In this document: in pieces, positions 57,711-64,000 of the stretch
Layout: every line of letters begins with the position of its first letter
Numbering within the stretch: the first letter of the stretch is position 1
Assembly (NCBI GenBank): GCA_963701965.1
Contig: OY969695.1
Coordinates: 160,001-224,000, forward strand
DNA: 64,000 bases
Direction: 5' to 3'
Origin: an uncultured Gemmatimonadales bacterium
GTDB taxonomy: Bacteria; Gemmatimonadota; Gemmatimonadetes; Gemmatimonadales; Gemmatimonadaceae
Made by a program: the position numbers and the translations under genes
Notes under the pieces: model-generated
The model's database searches: none
What the model was told of the DNA's origin: nothing
The model's input: the letters and a program-made list of their open reading frames with translations, nothing else

Positions 57711-57747
57711 TTCCAACGGTGAGAAATCCGAGCCTGATGGATTAGAC
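57711..57747 (-). repeat. Collapsed attC-like site
   Basis: GTCTAAT (contains a stop)...CGTTGGAA, then ATG 5 nt later; only 37 bp long. Confidence 0.5.
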
Positions 57748-58304
57748 CTTGAGGTGCTTCGTGATGGCCGCATCGAGTTGCGCCACGGTGGGTTCAATCG
57801 CGAGCCCTCCGTTACCCGCGAGCTCTGGGCAAGCTTGTCTTGCATGAACGCCGACTCGGGCGACAAGCCCTCGGTGATCTGCGAGAGTTGTGCCTCGCGC
57901 GACATCGAACGTGCCGTCAGGCTCCTCGCGGCCCGGGCCCCGATGCGAACCTCTGCATAGAGGATGCGAGCCTGCACCGGGCCGCAGCCGCCGGCCCTGC
58001 AGGCATGGAAAGACATCACGTCGGCGGCCCTTCTCGGCACGCCCGACGTATTGCACGCGACGTCTTGAACTACCGACGCGCGCCGATAGTCGTCGGTATA
58101 GGGGCTTCCAACGCTTGACCAAAGCGGCTGGGGATGGCTCGCGCCGTTGACCACGGAGCCCTTTGGCGCGGGCCATCGGGTACCCACAGGATCGGTAAGG
58201 CTGAAGTCGCACAACAGTTCCATGTCGCGATCCGGGGCCACTGCGTCGACCAGCCACTCGGTCTTTGGGTTTCCGGAGAAAGAACCGTGATTCGCCATGG
58301 GCAT
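57742..58304 (-). pseudogene. DUF1353-like protein, degenerate
   Basis: W.APKGSVVNGASHP..LW..VGSPY..YRRASVVQD; the expected IP and HD appear as HP and QD; frameshift near 57815. Confidence 0.6.
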
Positions 58305-58321
58305 CTCCTCGACCTCACGTT

Positions 58322-58966
58322 GGCGCTTGATCACGCGGAAGGGATGCTCGACCCGCGCTCGCACCTGGCCTTGAGCGTCTCGCGCTTGTGGATTGCACGC
58401 ACTGGCGAGCGCCCCTCGGGCAGCTTGGCGCTGTCACTCGGCTTGCGCGGCGATGTGCCACCGCAGCTCCTCGCGCTCGGCCACGCTTATCTGCGCCGCT
58501 GTAGCCAGCATCGGCAAGCACCACTTCTTCCTTGCCGTGCAGCAGGTCATCGACTTGCTCGATGTCGGCTTCGTTGGCTGCCGTGGTGGTCACTGTGTGC
58601 ACCAGGCCCGAGTCGGCATCGACTCCGATGTGCGCCTTCATGCCGAAGTGCCACTGGTTGCCCTTCTTGGTCTGGTGCATCTCGGGGTCGCGCTCGCCGT
58701 CTGCGTTCTTGGTCGAGCTCGGCGCGGCGATGATGGTGGCGTCGACGATGCTGCCGCGCTTGAGCAGCAGGCCCTTGCGCGTCAGATGCGCGTTGACCCG
58801 CCTTGAGGATCTCCGGGGCCAGCTCGTTGGTTTCGAGCAGGTGACGGAAGTTCAGGATCGTCGTCTCGTCCGGGATCGGCTCGCCCAGCTTCAATCGCGC
58901 GAACGCGCGCAGCGAAGCAATCTCGTAGAGCGCTTCTTCCATCGACGGATCGCTCAGTGCGACCAG
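58322..58966 (-). mobile_element. IS5-family transposase remnant, truncated at both ends and frameshifted
   Basis: [68 protein letters not shown]. Confidence 0.9.
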
Positions 58967-59356
58967 CTAACGCTCGAACAGCATGCTCGTCCCCGTGGCC
59001 AGCACACCGATGCCGACGACGGCAGACACGGCGAGGAACAACGGGTCTTCCGACTGAAGATACAGGCCGACGAAGCCGACCAGCATCGCGGCGGGCATGA
59101 AGAAGCTCAGCGGATACAGAGCAGCGATGCGCAAGCGCACGATCTGGCCCACCAACGTTCCCATCGCCACGCTGAGCATGCCTACCCAACGAGGCATGAC
59201 GTTACCGTAGTCGGTGTTCGAGAGCATTGCCGCAAGCGCGACGCGCGGTGAAATCAGAAGCGCCAAGCCGCTGAGGACGAGGTAGCCCGCCACGTACCAA
59301 ATGCAAAGGCGGACTCGCCTTGCGGCTGATGCTTGATCCCGAGTTTCAAGCAGCAT
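58967..59356 (-). CDS. Four-TM membrane protein
   Basis: 129-aa ORF with four hydrophobic segments. Confidence 0.6.
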   Translation of the reverse strand: MLLETRDQASAARRVRLCIWYVAGYLVLSGLALLISPRVALAAMLSNTDYGNVMPRWVGMLSVAMGTLVGQIVRLRIAALYPLSFFMPAAMLVGFVGLYLQSEDPLFLAVSAVVGIGVLATGTSMLFER

Positions 59357-59371
59357 GCGAGCGCGCCCGCT

Positions 59372-60052
59372 CTATTCGGTTCGATCGCCCAGTTCCGGGA
59401 TCGGTCGGCCCTGGCTGCGGAGATAGCCCACCATCGCCATCACGACCGTCCTGAGCGCCGGCCGACCGATCATTCGCTCTCGCCAGGCGAGCAGATTCGA
59501 ATGGTCCGCAGTCATCGGTACCGTGTGGCGCGCCGCGAAGAACTGCGCCATGTAGAACGCGATGTCGGCGTAGCTGAATTGGTCCGCCAGGTATTCATGA
59601 CCTAGGAGCCGCTGGTCGATCCAAAGGTAGTGCGCCTCGATGGCTGCTCTTGCCGTTTTCCACTCGGGCGCGTCAACCGGATCGGGATTTCCGCGCAGGC
59701 CCATCAGTCGAATAACAGGAGGAAAGAAGATTTCGTCGGAATAAAGCTCCAGTTGCCGTGCCTCTGCTCGCGCGGCGACGGAGCGCGGCCACAGTGGCGG
59801 CTCCGGCCAACGATCTTCGAGGTATTCGAAGATCTGCGTCGAGTCGAAAACCTGGACGTCGCCATCAACGAGGACGGGCACTTGATGTTTGGGATTGATG
59901 CGCAGCACGTCAGGATGCTTCGGTGTGTAGCCGCGTTCGAAGTCGAACGGCACCATCACCAGATCGAACTCGATTCCCTTCTCGCGCGCGGCGATCTCGA
60001 CCTTCGCACCGAACATGCTCAGCGGACCGGAGTAGATCTGCAAGCGATCCAT
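59372..60052 (-). CDS. Glutathione S-transferase
   Basis: YSGPLSMFGAKV, INPKHQVPVL, DSTQIFEYLE, FSYADIA. Confidence 0.88.
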   Translation of the reverse strand: MDRLQIYSGPLSMFGAKVEIAAREKGIEFDLVMVPFDFERGYTPKHPDVLRINPKHQVPVLVDGDVQVFDSTQIFEYLEDRWPEPPLWPRSVAARAEARQLELYSDEIFFPPVIRLMGLRGNPDPVDAPEWKTARAAIEAHYLWIDQRLLGHEYLADQFSYADIAFYMAQFFAARHTVPMTADHSNLLAWRERMIGRPALRTVVMAMVGYLRSQGRPIPELGDRTE

Positions 60053-60098
60053 GGGAATTTCGCGAAGGGAGCCATTCACCGCTGCTGTCGCGCGGGCG

Positions 60099-60524
60099 TC
60101 ACTTCGGTGCGGCCGGAACCAGCCCGTAGCGGGCCATGACAGACACCAGCGCCGCCTTGTCCGGAGGGCCTCCGCCGTTGACCACGGCGGCGACGTCTTT
60201 GAAGTATTGCGCTCCAACATCGGGAGACATCACGATCAGGGCGCGAGCGGTCTCGCCGAATGGATTCGAGAAGGCATGGACGACGCCCTTCGGGGTGCTC
60301 ATGGTTTGGCCCGCCGTCAGGTCGCGGGTCTCGCCTCCGACCGAATAGCGAAGGGCGCCCGCGAGAACGTAAACGCATTCTTCGTTGTTCGAGTGGCTAT
60401 GTGGCGGAGGGACGTTCGAGCTAGGGGGAACCGTCAGCTCGAACATCCCGAGACTCTTCGTATCGGAGCCATCGACGATGTAGTTGATGCCGAGCTGGCC
60501 TACCGTGATTTCGTTGCTGTCCAT
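60099..60524 (-). CDS. Cupin domain protein
   Basis: PPPHSHSNNEECVYVLAG; PKGVVHAFSN. Confidence 0.85.
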   Translation of the reverse strand: MDSNEITVGQLGINYIVDGSDTKSLGMFELTVPPSSNVPPPHSHSNNEECVYVLAGALRYSVGGETRDLTAGQTMSTPKGVVHAFSNPFGETARALIVMSPDVGAQYFKDVAAVVNGGGPPDKAALVSVMARYGLVPAAPK

Positions 60525-61036
60525 GCGATTTGTTGGTCAGTTGAGGTACTTGTTGTGCGCGCGTGTCGCGCCGCTAGGAAGTCAACACATTCTTGGTTCT
60601 GCCAGAGCTTAGCAAGTTGCATCGGTTCCTGAGGTTGTTCCGCGAAGACAGCGACTCCTTCCGGAAACACCACCCACGGCTGGGCGCTTCGCGTCCAGAT
60701 ATGCGCGACGGGAGGGAACTGCGACGGATGGTCCAAGGTGCCGGGCTGAAGAACACGAATGGCCTGATTGAGCCGAGGCTCGCCCCAAAGGCGCGTGCCA
60801 CAGACTGCGCACAGCTGACCCCGCTTGACTCGGCCGTCCGCCAGCGTGGCGGAATAGGACGATGTGCTTCCATGCGTGACGACCAGGGCTTCAGCGGGAA
60901 CGATGAGCGAGAGGGCGAACGCGCTGCCCGTACGGCGCTGGCAGTCCGTGCAGTGACAGACGTAGCTGGTGAGCGGTTCCGCGCCCAGCCGGTAGCGAAC
61001 CGAACCGCACAAGCACCCGCCATCACAGGACTCCAT
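60500..61036 (-). CDS. GFA family protein (C-terminus runs into the next gene)
   Basis: GGCLCG, CHCTDCQRRTGSAF, CAVCGT, HIWTRSAQPW. Confidence 0.85.
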   Translation of the reverse strand: MESCDGGCLCGSVRYRLGAEPLTSYVCHCTDCQRRTGSAFALSLIVPAEALVVTHGSTSSYSATLADGRVKRGQLCAVCGTRLWGEPRLNQAIRVLQPGTLDHPSQFPPVAHIWTRSAQPWVVFPEGVAVFAEQPQEPMQLAKLWQNQECVDFLAARHARTTSTSTDQQIAWTATKSR

Positions 61037-61040
61037 GGGA

Positions 61041-61481
61041 TCACTCCCGCTGCGCCGGCCCAAGCAGATTGGCATCGCGGGCGAGCGACCAGCGGCCGCC
61101 CTGGCGACGAAAGACGGTCAACGTGTGGCCGCTGCGGCGCGTTGGCGTGCCGCCATCCGGTGGCGTCGCCAGCACCGTGAGCTTGCTCCACATGAACGCC
61201 CAGTCGCCTGAAACTTCGACTTCCTGAATATCGCTTGTGGCGTCGAACCTCGGCGTGCCGCCGCTTGCCTGAGAACGCAGCGCCGCGGCGAACTCGTCCT
61301 TGCGCATGGCGGCCCTGCCGGGGACGAGGAAAACGACGTCATCCGTCACGAGACTCAGGACGGCTTCGACATCGCCGGATCGGCTTGCCGCCACCCATGT
61401 GGACACCAACTTGCGAATCTGTTTCTCGTCGTCCTTCATTTGTCGCTCCATGTCTGCACGAGCCCGCAAGGCATTCCTCAT
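61041..61481 (-). CDS. SgcJ/EcaC-like NTF2-fold protein
   Basis: DDVVFLVPG, IQEVEVSGDWAF, W.LARDANLL. Confidence 0.8.
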   Translation of the reverse strand: MRNALRARADMERQMKDDEKQIRKLVSTWVAASRSGDVEAVLSLVTDDVVFLVPGRAAMRKDEFAAALRSQASGGTPRFDATSDIQEVEVSGDWAFMWSKLTVLATPPDGGTPTRRSGHTLTVFRRQGGRWSLARDANLLGPAQRE

Positions 61482-61789
61482 TCGGCATGCGAAGGGTCGT
61501 AGGGCAGACCGTCCACGCTGACGAACCGGGCGGAACTGAATTCCCTTCGAAGCGCAATGAGCCGTTGATAGTCAGAACCGTCGTAGAAATCATCAAGGGT
61601 TTGCCTGGACGGAAACTCCAGGATGCTGAGCCTCCGCGGCGACCAGTCGCCCTCATGGGTCTTGGGGACGCCGCCTCGCACAAGGTACTTCGCACCCGCA
61701 GCAGCGAGGAGTGGTCTCAACTGCACAGAGAAGTCTTTCCACCTCTCCGTGTCGCGAATCTCCACCTCAAAAATGACGTACGCGGGCAT
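61478..61789 (-). CDS. DUF1330 family protein
   Basis: MPAYVI, GAKYLVRGG, EGDW, ILEFPS, YQRL. Confidence 0.85.
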   Translation of the reverse strand: MPAYVIFEVEIRDTERWKDFSVQLRPLLAAAGAKYLVRGGVPKTHEGDWSPRRLSILEFPSRQTLDDFYDGSDYQRLIALRREFSSARFVSVDGLPYDPSHAE

Positions 61790-61800
61790 AGCGTCGCTCC

Positions 61801-61850
61801 GGATGCGTTCGACATGGAGTGGCCGCGAGCGGGCCGGAAGGGGGTCAGGC
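61801..61850 (-). repeat. attC-like relic with both ends recognisable
   Basis: GCCTGAC-CCCCTTCC...GGCCACTC-CATGTCGAACG, 12-18 nt before the DUF1330 ATG. Confidence 0.6.
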
Positions 61851-61883
61851 GTCACCGCTGGCTGGCGGCACTGGCTTCAAGGC

Positions 61884-62453
61884 TCAGCTCTCGTTGTGAG
61901 TAACGTTGATGCGCCGACGTGTTCGTGCGCCAACGTCGTAGATGTTGAAGTCGCTCATCGTGCGTCCGTAGAGGTGCAGGCTGACTGCCCGAGGCCGTTC
62001 CGACGGAACCCCGGTGACGTGAATGTGATCGGGGTTTGGAACGAAGCTCGTGACTGCGCCATGTCGCAGCAGCACGGTACCGCCGCGTGCAAGGTCGATA
62101 TCCGCGTCAGCGCCTCGGTCCGGCGAGAGTCGTACGTAGCTGCGCTCTTCCAGAACTCCTTCGATCACGCCGACCACGCCCCAACTTCCGTGATCGTGAA
62201 CAGGCGTCCATTGACCGGGAAGCCAGACGATCGAATACAGCGACAGGCTTTCGTCCGCAGCGTCGTAGACGAGGTTGCGCGTGTAGCTCTGAGGGTCGCT
62301 CCGGTAGTGTTGCGGCTTGAGAAAGGTACCGGCCTGTTCGATCAGATCGAGCATCAGTGGTGCGAGAGCGAGTACGCAGTCCGCGGGGTCGACCTGGGCG
62401 TGGCTTCGCGCGGCCGCTTGGGAAATGAAGCGCTCAAGAGCCGCGGAGATCAT
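61884..62453 (-). CDS. Cysteine dioxygenase family (thiol dioxygenase-like cupin)
   Basis: YTRNL, WLPGQWTPVHDHGSWG, DHIH, SLHLYG. Confidence 0.85.
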   Translation of the reverse strand: MISAALERFISQAAARSHAQVDPADCVLALAPLMLDLIEQAGTFLKPQHYRSDPQSYTRNLVYDAADESLSLYSIVWLPGQWTPVHDHGSWGVVGVIEGVLEERSYVRLSPDRGADADIDLARGGTVLLRHGAVTSFVPNPDHIHVTGVPSERPRAVSLHLYGRTMSDFNIYDVGARTRRRINVTHNES

Positions 62454-62460
62454 GGGCACG

Positions 62461-62507
62461 ATTGTGCTCGCAGACTCACGCGACGCGCGACGTGTGAGCA
62501 GTTAGGC
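62461..62507 (-). repeat. attC-like relic with hairpin and a -10-like CACAAT
   Basis: GCCTAAC, then a CTCAC...GTGAG hairpin, then CACAAT 7 nt before ATG 62453. Confidence 0.5.
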
Positions 62508-62525
62508 ATCAATGCGCCGCACGGC

Positions 62526-63012
62526 CTAGGTACGGACTTCCGCCTCGCACTCGATGATGACGGGTGCGTTGAGCGCCAACTCCGCGACGCCGACAACGGC
62601 ACGAGGACATAGGGCGATCTCCTCACCGTAGAGGGCGATGATCAAGTCTGTAAAGCCGTCGATGACTTGTGGCTGGGCGTGAAACCCCGGGGCCGAGTTC
62701 ACCATGCCGAAGACACGCACCCAACTGCCCACGCGGTCGAGATCCCCAGTTCGCGCTTTAGGTCAGCCAACACGGCAAGCGCCGTATTGCGCGCGGCAGC
62801 GTAGCCCTCCTCGATGGTCAGATCGGAGCCCACCTCGCCGGGCCTTCCAGCAAGGAGCCATCGGCCGCGCGTGGTCCGTGCCCCGCGATGACGGCGCGCG
62901 TGCCCAACAGGCGCACCTGCCGCCACTTGATGCGAAAACCCGGCGGAACCCTCATTTCGCCCGGAAGGACCAGCCTCATTTCGGACAACTTGGCTTCAAT
63001 TTGCACGATCAC
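62526..63012 (-). CDS. RidA/YjgF family protein (two frameshifts)
   Basis: IAGHGP, GEVGSDLT, FGMVNSAPGF, IDGFTDL, RAVVG. Confidence 0.8.
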
Positions 63013-63059
63013 CCCTTGATGACGCGAAGAGAGTCACGTGGAAGGCTGGAAGCAACCGG

Positions 63060-63195
63060 AGGGTAGGGTGTGCAGGAGGGACTGCGGCCCGGGCCGATCG
63101 AAGAGACAAACGGGTACTTCATCATGCGACTACGGGACCCTGACCAAACCCTGGTCGTGTTCGCGAGCGCCAAGAGGTCGTAGCCGTTCACACGC
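63060..63195 (-). pseudogene. Possible C-terminal fragment of an MBL-fold hydrolase
   Basis: ERLRPLGAREHDQGLVRVP*SHDE resembles the ERLR...V.CSHD tail of MBL-fold proteins. Confidence 0.3.
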
Positions 63196-63199
63196 ACCG

Positions 63200-63236
63200 G
63201 CCCCCGGGATTCGACGTTCGAGGGAGTGGTTCGGGC
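63200..63236 (-). repeat. attC-like relic with central deletion
   Basis: GCCCGAAC-CACTCCCTCGAAC-GTCGAAT directly after a stop codon. Confidence 0.4.
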
Positions 63237-63737
63237 TCACGGTTGCTTGCGGCTGCAATCGAAGGATCGGTCATCGCTGTAGAGGCGACACCACAGGCCA
63301 ATGATCTTGCTTTCTCGCTCGGGCGATGCGTCCGCAAGAAGTTTGAGCACCTCCGCTTTGGCTTGAATGATGTCAGGCCCGAACGCGGGAAGGTCGGTAG
63401 GGAACCGTCCGGAAAAATCGTCAGGCAACTGCTCTGGGAACAGCGCCTGCAGGGCGGCCGCGGACGCCCTGGCCTGGCCGACTGATTGCGCCGAAAGCAC
63501 GATTTCAGCGGCCTTCAGCTGGAACTGCGCGCGAGCTTGAAAGTTCTGACTTAGAACACCCGCGATCAGCGTGGCACCCGCGGCCGCCGCCGTGACGGCT
63601 ATGGAGATGGCCGTGTATTTCGCCTTCTTGGCCTCCAGCCTTTGCTTGACTCTCTCAAGCCGCGCCAGGCGCAACTGCAGCGCCAGCTTCTGACGTTCGA
63701 TCCGAAGTTTTTCGCGCTCAACGGACAATTGCAGCAT
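63237..63737 (-). CDS. Hypothetical protein: N-terminal coiled coil plus one TM
   Basis: GGAGGT RBS; EREKLRIERQKL heptads, then hydrophobic AISIAVTAAAAGATLIAGVL. Confidence 0.65.
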   Translation of the reverse strand: MLQLSVEREKLRIERQKLALQLRLARLERVKQRLEAKKAKYTAISIAVTAAAAGATLIAGVLSQNFQARAQFQLKAAEIVLSAQSVGQARASAAALQALFPEQLPDDFSGRFPTDLPAFGPDIIQAKAEVLKLLADASPERESKIIGLWCRLYSDDRSFDCSRKQP

Positions 63738-63754
63738 GACTACCTCCACGCAAG

Positions 63755-63830
63755 CACCGTGCTCCGCCGAGCGGCGGCCGCAAGCAAGCGAAGCTTGCTC
63801 GAGGACGTCCGCTCGACGGAAGGACTAGGG
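63755..63830 (-). repeat. Best-preserved attC-like hairpin
   Basis: CCCTAGT-CCTTCCGTCGAGCGGACGTCC-TCG-AGCAAGC-TTC-GCTTGCT-TGC-GGCCGCCGCTCGGCGGA; begins at the upstream gene's stop codon. Confidence 0.7.
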
Positions 63831-64000
63831 GACACGGAAGAACCGACGCAGCACAATAAGCATGCCGGCGAAGAGCGTCAGCAAGAACACCGCCAGGACG
63901 GCGATGAAGGGAGCTTGCTCCAGCCGCGGCGGATGCCCGATGTTGGCATGCACGACGAACCAGTGCGTGAAGCAGAGCACGCCGAGCGTTGCATAGGCCG
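63825..64000 (-). CDS. Membrane protein, C-terminal part (starts beyond the window)
   Basis: ...AYATLGVLCFTHWFVV...FIAVLAVFLLTLFAGMLIVLRRFFRVP*. Confidence 0.6.
   Translation of the reverse strand, partial: AYATLGVLCFTHWFVVHANIGHPPRLEQAPFIAVLAVFLLTLFAGMLIVLRRFFRVP

Larger units (their letters stand above)
42800..64000 (-). mobile_element. Degenerate integron-like gene cassette array (no integrase in the window)
   Basis: About 45 consecutive short, unrelated, co-oriented genes; recurrent attC-like relics in the spacers; lower GC toward the right end. Confidence 0.7.

Overview
GC-rich betaproteobacterial chromosome segment; gene content and order point to Burkholderiales, probably the Rubrivivax/Caldimonas-like group. 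About 1-41 kb is core housekeeping: valS (partial), guaC, uvrD, phoD, thrB, polA, a branched-chain amino-acid ABC transporter, ppk1-sixA/ppx, ZIP, HtrA, UspA, a sulfurtransferase and Rieske oxygenase, xseB-ispA-dxs-folE2, an SPFH+RHH pair, yciO-like and PHP genes, recJ and lolE/lolD. Many genes, including normally essential ones, carry single-base frameshifts typical of unpolished long-read assembly. From about 42.8 kb to the window end lies an uninterrupted run of about 45 short, functionally unrelated genes, all on the minus strand. Their spacers retain degenerate attC-like relics that are clearest at the right end and fade leftwards, while GC content rises leftwards. I interpret this as the eroding, domesticated tail of a chromosomal integron cassette array, with intI/attI predicted beyond the right edge. 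It includes an IS5-family remnant, decayed cassettes and a possible cassette fusion. Other signals are recurrent -10 boxes 6-7 nt upstream of start codons (leaderless mRNAs), a Pho box at ppk1, a terminator-like hairpin at the guaC transcript start and a candidate RHH operator. All family assignments come from motif recognition by eye, not database searches.
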